Assembly: GCA_964016885.1 (NCBI GenBank)
Contig: OZ024740.1
Span: forward strand, 74,338,001-74,402,000
DNA length: 64,000 nucleotides
Direction of reading: 5' to 3'
Origin: Eledone cirrhosa
Lineage: Eukaryota
Shown here in pieces: positions 48,530 through 62,796 of the stretch (the first letter of the stretch is position 1; each line of letters starts with the position of its first letter). The notes below the pieces were generated by a model. That model had not been told where the DNA came from. It worked only from the letters and a program-made list of their open reading frames with translations, and ran no database searches. The position numbers and the translations under genes were made by a program.

Positions 48530-50085
48530 CTAGCAGAATGGCCCGGCGTTACTTGGGATTTGCTCTAGGGTTCTTATATATTTGATATATATTTATCCTT
48601 ATTGAGCCTCATGAAATAAATACGTTTATTTATATTTTGTTATTGTGTATGCAAAAATATCTGTACACGAATATAATATATCTATATATCTAAAACAGAG
48701 AATGTCTGTCTGTCTGTCAGCTCACTAAAACTTGAGAACCACCCAACTGATTGTTTTCAAACTTTACACGTGTAATACTTATGGTCCTGTGAGTGTTTTG
48801 AGCAAAAAATATTTCAAATTTTCAATGCCCTAGGGACCGCATTAGGCGATTTAGCGATCTCTCTCTATAATTCTTAGTCTTTCTTTTTAGATAGATACAT
48901 AGATATAACGTTCCGCCCTTATAATATCTGTCTGCATTACGTCATTATGACGCGATCAGTGTGTGTGTGCGTATATATATGTATCGTAATGCAGACAGCA
49001 AGACATATAGCTTTCCTTCCCCTCTTCCAGCGTCTCTCTCTCTCTCGCTATCCCCCTCTTTTAGTCTGTCTGTTTCTTTCACTCTCACTCTTTCTCTTTA
49101 TAACTCACTCACATTAATACTAAAGGGTTAAGGTATTGTTCTCAAAATAAATAATATTAAATCTTTGAGATTTGTATATTATGTGAGATAAAGCCTTTAC
49201 CATGAAAATAATTGTTTCTACTTTTAGCACGAGGCCAGCAATTATCCCAGTGCATTACTGGTTCTTTATTTTATCGACCCCGTAAGGATGAAAGGCAAAG
49301 ATAACCTCGACGGGATTTGAAAATAATATAGTATATATAGAGTAATGTAAATGCTAAAGGGTTAATTCCATCAGACCATGTGAGAGAGTTTATAATCACT
49401 CACGCACACATACTCACGCATGCAAACGCACACAAACTCACACACACGCGCGCGCACGTACACACACACGCAATAGTTATTCCACTGTCATGTATCTTTG
49501 ACGCATACAACTCCCAAAAGACGGCGTCTGTCACTCTCTCTCTCTTTTAGTCTGTCTGTTTCTTTCACTCTCACTCTTTCTCTCTGTAACTCGTTCAGAT
49601 TTCTCCCCTCTATCGAAAAACGCTGTGACGAATGGGGAGAAGGAGGAGTAGAGAGTCACTTCTTCACTTCGCCTCTCCGTTTCTTTATCTCCCCTCTCAC
49701 TCCCTCATTATGTACAGATTGGCAGTATCGGTAGAGGGTCGAACGCCATGCTTTGCAGCAAAGAGTTACGGCCCTTTATAGTCTGAGTTCAAATCCCGCC
49801 GAGGTTAACTTTGCCTTTCATCCTTACGGGGTCGATAAAATAAAGTACCAGTAATACACTAGGTAATTGCTGGCCTTGTGCCAAAGGTAGAAACAATTAT
49901 GTACAGACATTGTCCACTTCACTAATTCGATCCCTAGGTCAGAATAATTTGAAATTTTTTTTGCTCAAAACATTTCCGGGGCCATACGGATTACATGTGT
50001 AAAGTTTGAAAAAAAACGGTTGGGTACTTCTCGAGTTTTAGGGAAACAGACACACAGACAGACATCCTCTGTTTTATATATATAT
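48530..50085 (-). mobile_element. Helitron-like non-autonomous element with nested MITE, SINEs and an inverted partial copy
   Basis: Minus-strand 3' end ...CCCAAGTAACGCCGGGCCATTCTGCTAG; 5' end TATATAAAACAGAGGATGTCTGTCTG at about 50080, mirrored at 48681-48835. Confidence 0.55.
49717..49900 (+). mobile_element. tRNA-derived SINE, low-divergence copy
   Basis: Full consensus including CpG-intact CCTTACGGGGTCGATAAAATAAAGTACCAG. Confidence 0.88.
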
Positions 50086-50095
50086 ATATATATAT

Positions 50096-53000
50096 ATATG
50101 CTTGTCCAATTATGCCCAAAATTCGAAGATTTTATTTAAACCCTCTCGTAAAATGCCCCATTTGTTTTTCTAAAATAACAATCTTGTTTGTTTAATTTTG
50201 GCCGAAAAATTCTAGAATTTATAAAATGGCCTCCTTGTCCCTCTTAATCTTTACCCCCCCCCCCCCCCAAACACACACACACTATATCGTATTACGCGCC
50301 GGCTAGTTCACCCTTTCAATCATTCCCTTCTCTCACCAAATATAAATAAACCTGTTACGAGGTACGAATCTCAGAATTTGTCAACGCTTATTAATGGTCA
50401 GACCTCGTCGTCCCCTGCGAAGTGTAATAATGCCATTTTTCTTGTCTCTCCAGCCTATTGGTCCATTCATTCATATATCCGTATCATCGCCCAGAATCCA
50501 ATCTTTTGCTCTCTCTCAATGCTATTCTATAATTCTGTCTGGTTGTTCTAAATAATCTTCTTGTATTTTAAAATCCCATTATTCGCTTATTATTACTGTT
50601 ATATGCTTGTCCAATTATGCCCAAAATTCGAAGATTTTATTTAAACCCTCTCGCTAACTACCCCATACCCCTCCCACCCGCCCCCACTCTCCACCATTAT
50701 TATTAGCACCAATCATAAGTCAGCAGCCTATGCTATCACTTCTGGTTGCTTGCCGATATGATGGATGGACTATGGAATTCTGGAGAGTCTGAAAAATGTG
50801 GACACTCAGTGACAATGCCAAAGATAAAGACAAATTCACCTCATGCTACCGAACGAAAAGGCAAGGACTCCTCCTCTTTGTTTTGGCCGCGGATGGCCAA
50901 CATAACCCCAACCCCATCCCCTCACCCCACCATTCCCACCCACCAAACGCAATCCAAAACTTCAAAGTTGGTACCATGAATGCAGGCACCTTAAAATGTC
51001 GCTCTAACGAGGTTGTAGAGATGCTTGAACGTAAGGAGGTTGATGTTTGCTGTATTCAAGAGACCAGGTGGAGGGGTGGGTCTGCTAGATTCATTGTGGG
51101 TAAAAAAACGATGCTATAAGCTTTTCTGGGGGGGGGAAGAGAAATGACAATGGGCTGGGTGTTAGCAGAAAAATGGGTAGATAAGATAATAGACGTAAAA
51201 AGAGTGAACGACAGAATAATTAAAATAAGACTTGTCCTAAATAGAACTACTGTGACAGTAATATCTGCGTATGCACCCCAATCCGGACTGCCTGGCGCTA
51301 TAAAAGACAGATTCTATGAAACATTGATGCTCACTACCTCCCAAATAACCGACAGTGACTACATAATTATTGCTGGCGACCTAAATGTGACGGCTATGAT
51401 AGAATCCATGGAGGCTATGGGTTTGGTACTAGAAATGAGGAAGGCTCCAGAATCCTGGAATTCTGTGAGGCAAATAACCTAACTATCTGTAACGCTAACT
51501 TCAAAAAACGAGACAATCACTTGATCACCTATAGATCAGGGGAACGCGCTAGTCAGATAGATTATATCCTTACCAGATGACGTGATAGAGTGTCTGTTGT
51601 AAACACTAAATCCCTCCCCCATGAAGAATGCACCTCCCAACATATCCTCATAGCTAGCGACCTCATAGTCAGGACAAGACATACTCGACAACAGAGGAGG
51701 ACTATCCTCAGGAGAAAAATATGGAAGCTAAAGGACCCCACAGCCAGTAATAAATTTAAAAGCATATTACTTGATGCTTTCGACAGTCAGGAAGAGCAAT
51801 TAGAGTCGTACAATATAGAGGAACAATGGGAATTCCTGAAAGCTAACCTGCTGAAGGTGGCAGATGAAGTCTGTGGCTGGAGCAGGCCTATAGGCAGGAG
51901 GAGAGTAACGTGGTGGTGGAACAGTAAGGTGGAGGAGACAATTAAGGCCAAAAAGCAGGCCTGGAAAGTATGGCGGGATGGGGGAAGTAGAGAAGACTAT
52001 CAAGTGGCCAGGAGGGAAGCTAGGAGACAAGTGTACTTCGCAAGAAGGGAAGCAGAGGAAAGAAAGTTCAAGCATGTTCTACAACGCGAGGACCAAAAAC
52101 GTGAGGTGTTCAGGGTTGTTAGGCAATGTGTCAAGGAAAACCGTGATATTGTCGGGGAGAAGTGTGTCCTTAATGATGATGGTGTACTTGCCATCACTGA
52201 CGCTGATAAGAAGGTAGCTTGGAAGTGTCACTACGAAAGGCTACTGAATGAGGAGAATAAATGGGAGAAAGACAGTCTCCCCCACATCAATCCAATAGAG
52301 GGACCAGCAGTGCTAGTTGAAGGTAGTATAATAAGTAAGGCAATCAAAGATATGAAGACGGGTAAGGCGGCTGGGCCTTCAGAAATACTTGCTGAAATGC
52401 TGAAAGCATCTAGAACACACTATGGTCACCCGGATAGTAAACCAAGTCATACAGAATGGGGCCGTTCTGAAGGACTGGCGTAGCAGCATCATCATTAACT
52501 GCTACAAGGGTAAACGAGATGCCCTAGATAGGGGTAACTATAGAGGCATTAAATTAATCGACCAGGTCATAAAGGTCACAGAAAAAGTAATAGCACAACT
52601 AATCGGAGAACGAATTGATCTAGATGAAATGCAGTTTTCATTGTACGACAACTACAGGAGAAGTACCTAGCTAAAAGTAAACCCCTATACTTAGCTTTTG
52701 TTGACTTGGAGAAAGCTTTTGACAGAGTCCCCCGCTCCATTATCTGGTGGGCTCTTAGAAAACTAGGTGTTGATGAATGGCTTGTGAGAGCTATACAAGC
52801 CATGTATAAAGAAACAGTCAGCAAGGTTAGAATTAACAACGAATATAGTGAAGAGTTTAGCGTAAAAGTTGGTGTTCATCAGGGCTCCGTTCTTAGCGCC
52901 CTCCTATTTATTATTACCCTTCAGGCTATAACAGAGGAGTTCAAGACCGGCTGCCCATGGGAACTCCTATATGCAGATGATCTAACGCTCATAGCTGAAT

Positions 53001-54283
53001 CAATGGCTGAACTAGAGAAGAAATTCCAAACATGGAAGCATGGCCTAGAATCAAAAGGCCTTAAAGTTAACTTGTCTAAGACTAAAGTTCTAGTTTGTAG
53101 GTCCCATCTGGGAAATGGCCATGCTCAGTGTGTAGGAAAGGAGTAGGCAGAAACTCTATTTTATGTCCCAAATGGAAAGTATGGGTGCATAAAAGATGTA
53201 GTGGGATCACAGGTAAGCTAACTAAGAATATAGATTTTATATGTGGCCGGTACTCTGGTGCAATAAGTAGCAGCAAGTGCCCACAGAATACTAGCTCATT
53301 CCATTGCATATAGAAATAGTGGACAGCTTCCGTTACCTGGGTGACAAAATCAGCAGCGGGGGAGGGTTCTCTGAAAGTACAGTAGCTAAAGTCAGAACGG
53401 GATGGAAAAAGTTCGGAGAGCTTATACCACTATTGGCCGCTAAAGGATTCTCTCTAAAAATGAAAGGCAGCTGTATGATGCCTGCATACGAACAGCAATG
53501 TTACATGGCAGTGAGACCTGGGCATTGTATGCAGAGGATATACGCAGATTGGAGAGAAACGAAGCTTACATGCTCCGCTGGATGTGTAATAGTAATATAC
53601 GTGAATGGCAAAACATAAACGAACTAAGGGAGAAATTAGGAATAAGAGGGATCAGATGTTGTTTACTCGAGAGAAGACTACGTTGGTACGGTCACGTGAT
53701 GCGCATGAAAGATGACAGCTGTATAAAAAAGTGCAGGGCGATAAAAATAGACGGTAGCCACGGAGTAGGCAGACCCAGAAAAACCTGGGACAACTTGATA
53801 AATTCCGACCTCACACACTTACACCTCTCCAAGACAATATCACTGGACCGAGATCTTTGGCGCTACACAGTTATACAGAAGACTCGCCTTGCTTAAGTAC
53901 AAAGCGAAACCTACAGTCAGTAGGCACCTCTAACAAAATACACCCCCGTCCCACTACCCCCACCCCATCCACACCACCCCCTTAAATGTGAAGTTATGTT
54001 GGTACCACAACATCCAGTCCGAATCAAATGAGGTCGTGTAGGTGTCGCGACAAAAAAACACGCAGTCCACGCTGTAATGTGGCCGTGTAGGTAGCACGGT
54101 AAAAACCTCCCAGTCCACACTGTAAACGTGGTTGGTGTTAGGAAGGGCATCCAGCCGTAGAAAACCCGCCACACAATCCTATATGAGCAGGACAACCAAT
54201 CTTGCCTCAAGTGGGAAAACTCCCGTCCAAACCCATGCAAGCGTGGAAGATGGACGTTATACGATGATGATGATGATGATGAT
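50096..54283 (+). mobile_element. Near full-length RTE-clade LINE, inactivated
   Basis: APE (GTMNAGTL, CIQETRW, SAYAPQ, SQIDYIL), RT (LYADD), C-terminus and (GAT)n tail. Closely similar to 11885-15899. Confidence 0.93.
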
Positions 54284-57200
54284 CTTCTAGCTATGTCTCT
54301 CTATATATAGATACATATATGTAACAAAACAAATATGCTTTCTGTAAGACATTGAGTTTGTGTTAGTGCATGCATGCATACATACATGCATGCGTGCATG
54401 TGTACACACATGTGCACACATGCATGCATGTATTTACGTTTGTATGCATGCACGCATATAAGCATTAACACAAACACTGTCTTACTTACTTGTACACACA
54501 CACACATACATAACTGAAGGTACTACATAGTAGGATTGAATCCAACACCACATAGGTGTAAAAGTAAATTAATAATTATGAAAAACTAAAATACATTTTA
54601 GATATTCACTACAGATAAATCAACAGAGATTATACAAATAAGTATCATAACACCTAATTCACTATAATCATTATATTTCATGAATAAGGAAATTAGAAAA
54701 TTAGGCTAAATAGAAAATAGTGAAAGCCCTATTTTATATACAAATTATATGAGCAGATAAAATATTTCATCTTTTCACATATCTTCATTATGTTAACATT
54801 CATCACATTAATACTTACAGAGGTTAAACAGGTAAATGATCTATTGGCAAATTTCAATCTTTTTCAAACCTAAATGTTTTGCTCTAGAAATAGAAACAGC
54901 TAAATATACACATAATTTACTGCACCATCGTATTTCTAAGACAGCTCCAGAAAAGAACTTGTTTTTTGCTGATTTTTTTTGTGGGGGGAGAGGGTCTTTA
55001 ATTTAGTCATATTTTCAATATGCATCCAGTGCACTCTGTTAGATCATTATCATCATCATCATCGTTTAACGTCAATCTTCCACGCTAGCATTGATTAGAC
55101 GGGAGTTGTCCCACTTGAGGCAAAAATAAGACTATCTGGCAGATTTTCTACGGCTGGATGCCCTTCCTAACACCAACCACGTTTACAATGTGGACTGGGA
55201 ACTTTTTATTATCTTACCTACACAACCACATTACAGCGTGGGCTGTGTTTTTTTGTCGTGACACCTACACAATCTCATTAGTTTGGACTGGATGTTGTGG
55301 TACCAACATAACTTTACAGAGAAAGGGTGGTGTTGGTGGGAGTGGGAGGATGGAGTAGGGGAAGTGGGTTAGGGGTGTATGTTTGGTTTGGAGGGGCCTA
55401 CTCACTGTAGGTTAACTTTGCACGTAGGGAAGGCGGGTCTTCTGTAATACTGCATGGTGCCAAAGATCTCGATCCAATGACATTGTCTTAGAGAGGTGCA
55501 AGGTCGGATTTATCATGTCGTCCCAGGTTTTTCTGAGTCTACCTTCTCCGTAACTTCCATCAATTTTGATCGCCCTGTACTTTTTATACAGCTGTCATCT
55601 TTAGTTCATTTATGTTTTACCGTTCGTGTATATTATTGTTACATATCCAACAGAGCATGCATGCTTAGTTCCTTTCCAGTCTGCACAGGTCCTCTGCACA
55701 CAATGCCCATGTCTCATTGCCATGTAGCATTGCTGTTCGTATACAGGCATCATACAATCTGCCTTTCATTTTTAGAGAGAAACCTTTTGTGGCCAACAGC
55801 GGTATAAGCTCTCTGAACTTTTTCCATCCTGTTCTATCTCTGGTTACTGTACTTTCAGAACACCCACCACCACTGCTGATTTTGTCAGCCAGGTAACAGA
55901 AAGTGCCCACTATTTCTATGGAACCATCTGGCCAGTAGAAGGAGCTAGTATCCTGTGGGCACTTGCTACTTACTGCACCTGAACATTGGCCACATATAAA
56001 ATCTACGTTCTTAGATAGGTTGCCTGTGATCCCACTACATCTTTTATGTACCCATAGTTTGTTTGCATTTGGGACATAGAATGGAATTTCTACCTACTCC
56101 TTTTCTACACACAGAGTATGGCCATTTCCCAGAGGGCACCTGTGCCCTATTCTTCTTTCTACATACTAGAACTTTAGTCTTAGACAAGTTAACTTTAAGG
56201 CCTTTTGATTCTAGGCCATGCTTCCATGTTTGGAATTTCTTCTCTAGTTCAGCCATAGATTCAGCTATGAGCATTAGATCATCTGCATATAGAAGTTCCC
56301 ATGGGCAGCCAGTCTTAAACTCCTCTGTTATAGCCTGAAGGGCAATAATAAACAGGAGGGGGCTAAGGACAGAGCCTTACACTAAATTCATTGTTAATTC
56401 TAACCTTACTGATTGTTTTTTTATACAAGGCTTGTATAGCTCTCATAAGCCATTCATCTACTCCTAGCTTTCTAAGGGCCCACCAGATAATGGAGCATGG
56501 GACTCTGTCAAAGGCTTTCTCCAAGTCAACAAAAGCTAAGCAGAGGGGTTTACTTTTAGCTAGGTACTTCTCCTGTAGTTGTCGTACAATGAAAAGAGCG
56601 TCTGTTGTACTTTTACCTAATACAAACCCAAACTGATTTCATCTAGATCAATTCTCTCTCTGATTAGTTGCGCTATAACTCTTTCTGTGACCTTCATGAC
56701 CTGGTCAACTAACTTAATGCCTTTATAGTTTCCCCTATCTAGAGCATCTCCTTTACCTTTGTAGCAGTTAACGATGATGATTCTCCACCAGTCCTTTGGT
56801 ATGACCCCATTCTGTATTACTTGGTTTACTATCTGGGTGACCATAGTATGTCCCATCATTCCAGATACTTTCAACATCTCAGCAACTATCTCCGAAGGCC
56901 CAGCCACCTTGCCTGTCTTCATATCTTTGATTGCCTTACTTATTATACAACCGCTGGTCGATTGGGATCGATTTGGGGCAGACTATCTTTTTCCCATTTA
57001 TTCTCCTCATTTAGTAGCCCCTTATAGGGACACTTCCAAGATACCTTCTTATCAGTATCAGTGAGGGCAAGCACACCATCATCATTACGGACACACTTCT
57101 CCCCGACAATATCACGGTTTTCCTTGACACATTGTCTTGCAATCCTGAACACCTCACGTTTTTGGTCCTCGCATTGTAGAATATGCTTGAAGTTTCTATC

Positions 57201-58016
57201 CTCTGCTTCCCTTCTTGCAAGGTACACTTGTCTCCTAGCTTCTCTCCTGGCCACTTGATAGTGTTCTCTACTTCTCCCATCCTGCCATACTTTCCAAGCC
57301 TGTTTTTTGGCCTTGATTGACTCCTCCAACTTACTGTTTGTTCCACCACCACGTTACTCTCCTCCTGCCTATAGGTCTGCTCCAGCCACAGATTTCATCT
57401 GTTGCCTTCAGCAGGTTAACTTTAAAAAATTCCACTGTTCCTCTATATTGTACGACTCTAATTGCTCTTCCTTACTGTCAAAAGCATCAAGTAATAAGCT
57501 TTTAAATTTGTTACTGGCTGTGGGGTCCTTCAACTTCCATATTCTTCTCCTCAAGGTAGTCCTCCTCTGTCATTGAATACGTCTAGTCCTGACTATGAGG
57601 TCACTAACTATAAGGATATGTTGGGAGGTGCATTCTTCACGGGGGAGGGACTTAGTGTTTACAACAGACACTCTGTCATGTCTTCTAGTAAGGATATAAT
57701 CTATCTGGCTGGCGTGTTTCCCTGATCTGTAGGTGATCAAGTGATTGTCTCGTTTTTTTAAGTTTGTGTTACAGATAGTTAGATTATTAGCGTCACAGAA
57801 TTCCAGGATTCTGGAGCCTTCCTCATTTCTAGTACCAGGGGACAAAAACGTGTAAAATAATATCACAAATGTAATTTAAAAATTAGTCGATTTTCCCCAA
57901 TAAGGGGAGACATTTCATATGGGTAACACATACCCCCGACAAAAAAATGTGCAACCCTCATCTCCAGGAGTATGAAGAGTTTGTACTCCTTTCCCCTCCT
58001 CCTCTTTTTCCTCAAC

Positions 58017-61000
58017 CTACAGGCTGATATAGAGAGAAGGCCCATTCACTTGGGCCATTCTCGCCACTTTCACCCACCTTTCATAAAACTTGCTGGGGTA
58101 CAGCACCTCTCTCTCCATCCTGATTCTTCTTCCAAAGTGGTACTTGAAAAAAAGAATCAGTTGTTGGCCGGAGAGAAAGGTGTCTGACCTCAGCCCTTTC
58201 AACCTTGTCCACCATACAACCTCTTTCGCCATAGCTATCACACAAAGGAAAACCGCCTCTTCTTCATTTTTGAAGGAGGGTGGCAGTTTGATCATAACAA
58301 TGGACTCGGTGTTCAACCGGATTGGTCCCACCTGCGACAATAGTCGTTCTACATAGCCCCACAGGTCGGTGATACCCAGGCAGTGTATGAATGCATGCGC
58401 GACGATTTCTTCGTCTCGCACGCACCTCGGACAGATCTTTTTTGCAGGGTCCCTGCCCAGGCGCCCATGTCTGTAGAGCTTGTCTCGAACTGGTAGAGCT
58501 CCTCGGTAGCACTGCCAGGCCATGGACTTTTGGAAGTTGTCCATCGGTCCCGGGCGGAAAATGCCTACCGAACAGACTGGCCAGTTCGTCTTCCTCTACG
58601 CCCAGAGTTTCACCGAGCACTTCGTCGCACTTGCTGCGGATCAACCCTCTATAGAATGACAAAGTGGAGTCTCCACTGATCGCCGGGTCCGCCTGCCAAA
58701 GGGCTGTGAGCGCCTGAGCACATTCGATGTGCCAGTCGCCCATTTTCCTCGGTCTTTGCTTGACCCAGGACTGCAGCTCGGTCAGCGAGACGAGTCATGG
58801 GAAGGCTCGCCTCACGAACGGGGCCCACACCGGTTGTCCGGTGAGGAATACGTAGAGATGCCGCAGCCTGAGCGCGTGTTTGCGCATCGTCAACCATGGC
58901 ATCCCCAGCCCTCCGTTGGAAGTGCGTTGGCAGCAGATGGATCTTCTCACCAAAGGAGCCCGCCTCTTCCAAAGGAATTGGAAGAGCGCGCGCTCCATTT
59001 TGGCGAGCGTTTTGGCTGGACAAGGCACGGCGGTCAAGCGGTAGTAGATGGCGGACGCTATAAAAGTGTTCGCCACCTCCGCTCGACCTTTCAAGGATAG
59101 TTTGCACTCGGCCCACTTCTGGATGAGTGCAAACAGCTTGGCCGACACCTCGTTCCAGTTCTTCTCCACCTGGAGGTCCGGACCAAACCAGACCCTGAGC
59201 AGCTTTACTGGTCCTTCCGTCCAGCGTCCGACGACGCCATCGGAAGGCATCGGTCTGCCTCTCCACGATCCGAGTTGCAAACCGATGGACTTGTCCCGGT
59301 TCAGCTTTGCTCCTGTGAACCATTCGCATTCCTTCAGTAAGGTGCCGACTTCCTCGATTTGCGAGGCGCTCGACACCATTACTGTCACGTCGTCAGCATG
59401 GGCCGACGCCGCTTTCCGCAGTCCCGGTTCCAGAGGGATGCCCTGCAATAGCTCCAACTTCCGCAGTAGTGGCTTGAGAGTCAATACGTACAGAAGGGAG
59501 GAGAGAGGGCATCCCTGTCGAATGGATCGCGTGATATGGAACAGCTCCGAGAGGTAGCCGTTCACCTTAACCCTTGAGCAGATGTTGCTGTTATGCATTG
59601 CAGCAATCCAGCCCCTAAACACGGGTCTGAAGCCTGCCGCCTCAAGCACCGCATCCAGGTAACGATGGTCAACCCTATCGAAAGCCTTAGACTATCCAAG
59701 TTGATCAGGGCCCCACCGAAGCCGGGTTTACACTCTACCCTCTCTATGATGTATTGTATGAGGTGGAGGTTGTCGTGTATGGACCTGGTCGGGATTGCGT
59801 ATGTCTGCGCTTCTCCCACCAGGTTCCCGACGACAAGCGTCAGCCTCTTTGCCAACACCTTGGCCAAAATCTGTAACTCTGTGTTTAGCAGAGTTATGGG
59901 CTGTCATCCCCCTTATTCTCGTCCTTCCTGACTAGTGTGACTACGCCCCCGGTCACAGAACTGGGAATTCTCCCGTTCTGTTGCCAGTTGCAGTAGACCG
60001 CTTCCAGGAGACCGGAGAATAAGTCCGGCATTGCTACGTAAAATTCGTAGGGTAGACCGTCGAGACCTGGAGATTTGCGTTTGCCGCATTGGCTCAACGC
60101 GTCCCCTATCTCAGCGGCTGAAATCGGCTTTTCGCAGAACTTTGACTCGCTGTCCGAGAGTCGTGGTAGGCCGTCGAGGTATGGACCAAAATCCATAGCC
60201 CCTCCCGGCGTGCCGCCCTGCCTGAACAGCCGAGCAAAGTGCCGCTGAAAGGCCACACACATCTGCTTCGGCTCATGTATCACGCGTCCGTTTTGGTCTT
60301 TCAAAGACCGAATCATGGACTTGTTGCCACTTTTTGCCTCCGTCACTCGGGCCCAGCTAACAGCTTTGGCTCCCTCGTTTCCCAGAGCACGTATTTTGCT
60401 TCTGACAACGCAGCCCTCATGCTTTACATCGAAGAACTGGTCCAAGGCCGTTCTCGTTGCTAGCACACTGGCTACGTTGCCACTTCTAATTGCCTCTTCT
60501 ACTTTATCTACCAGTTCTTTTTCGGTTCTATTTCTATCTAACGCTAATTCTTTACTAAAAACTAATGAGTCTAATCTAACTGCCCTCTTGAGAGAGTACC
60601 ACCATCTGTTGTTGACAATGGCCCCTGTCAAGTGCTGTTTAACTAAAGTGCTAATCCGTCTACTCTAGGCTTTGCATGTCGGTAACAACAAGTTCAGCTT
60701 CCAGTAGCCGGGTCCTTGTCTATGGGTTCTATCAAGGTTGACCATGCAGGTCACTAGTTTGTGATCTGAATAGGCAACCATGAACATTTGTGGACAGCTT
60801 AACATGTCCCTATCCTTATTTCTAACTAGAACCCTATCTAGGTACGATCTAGATGTTCCGCTTCGATTAGTCCACGTCCACAGTGGCACAGTTGGAAAAT
60901 CTAGTCAATATCTATTGGCCAGGTCAAATCGGCCGATTAACTGTTTGAGGATGTTACACCCCCCTTTATCGGGACATGCTCCCACATAGTCCCAACATGC

Positions 61001-61310
61001 ATCTAGGATTCCATTCCAGTCCCCCACTAAAAGCAAGGAGCGGGACGTTCCCAGAAAAGTCTCTAGACGTTTGAAGAAGTCTGGCCGCGGTGTTTCCGCA
61101 GCAAAACGGCAACCCCGCCCCCACCCCCCGGCTGACGTAGATCTCAAAGTCATCGAAGATGGGGGCCAGCTGTCGCTCGCTGCGGATCCTGGATTTGCAA
61201 ATGGCTACTACATCCATACTGTGCGACCTGAGGTCGTTTAAGAGTTTGCCCTGTTTCCAGAGCATCCCCAGGCCGCGTACATTCACACACCCAACTCTTA
61301 TATTGGCCAT
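58017..61310 (-). pseudogene. Tx1 ORF2 (APE endonuclease-RT-zinc finger), frameshifted
   Basis: NVRGL, GDWN, SYLDRVLV, SDHK, GPGYWKLN, KSPGLDGLP, RQGCPLS, HADD, GGLGMP and CPRC...HAFIHC motifs. Confidence 0.92.
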
Positions 61311-61662
61311 GTTGGTTCTGAAAAGTTAAAAGAGGAGAAGAAAACACTCACCTCTTCGTCTCCCGGGGATCAGGCTGCACGGTTTCCAAGGGGGTGTTAG
61401 AGGAGTTGTCTGGGTGGGTGGTGGTTTCCGGCGGGGTGGGGACGGAGATGTTTGGTGGGGTGGGGGTGTCTGGAGTGAGGGTGGGGAAACTTTTTAAAAG
61501 GACGCGGTTAATGGGTTTAACACAAGGATTACCCACGTCCTTAGGAAAGTTTTCCTTTAAAGACTTATAGGTGTCCGTAGGGACCCTAATCATCTTTAAA
61601 TTAGGTTTGTCTACACAGTTCGAAAAAGTTGATGACCTCCATTAAAGTTTTGTTTTTACTGT

Positions 61663-62796
61663 TTATGTATGTGTAATGTTCTTGTTGTGTTGCGGTGGTT
61701 TTTGTCTGTTGTTCTTGTAGGAGCTTTCGTTTTGTTGTAGGTGTTTGTGTTTGGAGTGATGTCGTGGTTTTGTTTTCGGGACGGGGGGTTTTTGTTTGTA
61801 ATGTTTGTGTTGTTTGTGTTGGTGGTTGTATGTGTGTAGTGATGTTTGTTGTTTTTTTGTTCTTGTGGTGTCTTTTCTTCTTTCTTTTCGAACGAAGAGG
61901 CTCTCCCTCATCATCACTTGGTGATGATGTGGGGGCCTCGTCCGTTGTGGTGTTCTGTTATTTGGAAGGGGAATGTTTTGGGGAGCTGTTGTGTTTGTGG
62001 GTGTTTTTGCAGTGGTTTTAGGTGGAGTGGGGTTGGGTGGGACTGTGCTTGCAGGTTGGTTTGTTGTTCTTGTTTTGGTTGTGTTTGCATGTTGTTGTTG
62101 TGGTGGTGGTGGTGGTTGTGTTGTTGTTTTGGGTGTTGGCAATAGTGCCTCTTTTTTTTTTTTTTTATTTAACTGAGGACAGTAAGCCTTCAGGTGACCA
62201 CTGCTTAAACAGTGGTAACATGAAGGCCGCCTACCCTCAACAGAAATGTTTATGTGTGAAATTCCATCCGGAGGCATACGTTGGGGTATTTTAGCTATCC
62301 GTTCTGGCCTCATTTGGACCAGAAATTCCATGCTTGTACCATTGAATGTGCCTCTGGAGGACTTTGCCACCAAAATGATGGTGTCTTCGTCGAAATCGAT
62401 GAAGCCAGTTAGAATCCACCAGACGTCTACATTTGGTGCAATGTTCAAAATTTTTATTTTTTGAGTTCTTTTTCCCATATATTTGGGGAAAAAGGGGTAA
62501 TGCGGGGACACAATCGGCAATACAGAATATTTTTGTGCTGTCAATTGGTCTTTCAACAACACCGAAATGCTTCCAAAAAGTTTACCTTTTTGGATGAAGG
62601 CAATATCCTTCATGGAATTCTTCAGAACCAGTTCAATATCGTTTTGGGATAACTGAACTGGTTTTTTCGACACATTTGAAACCGTCCTAAAAATTACTGT
62701 TTTTAGAACAGCTTCTCTGCGTAACTGTTGAGGAGAAGTGATGCTGAAAGCACCACTCTCACCAAAAGTTACGTACTGTTTTACATCGCTTAACAT
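61663..62796 (-). pseudogene. Tx1 ORF1 (gag-like, CCHC zinc knuckle, Pro/Thr-rich tail), probably frameshifted in its 3' part
   Basis: CYHCLSSGHLKAYC knuckle. The frame stays open upstream of the Met (...KISFAQTVQK...) to the insertion junction. Confidence 0.82.

Noticed and set aside
58649-59557. Overlapping alternative-frame and antisense ORFs in the Tx1 RT region
   Set aside because: Expected by-product of GC-rich coding sequence, with no recognisable motifs.
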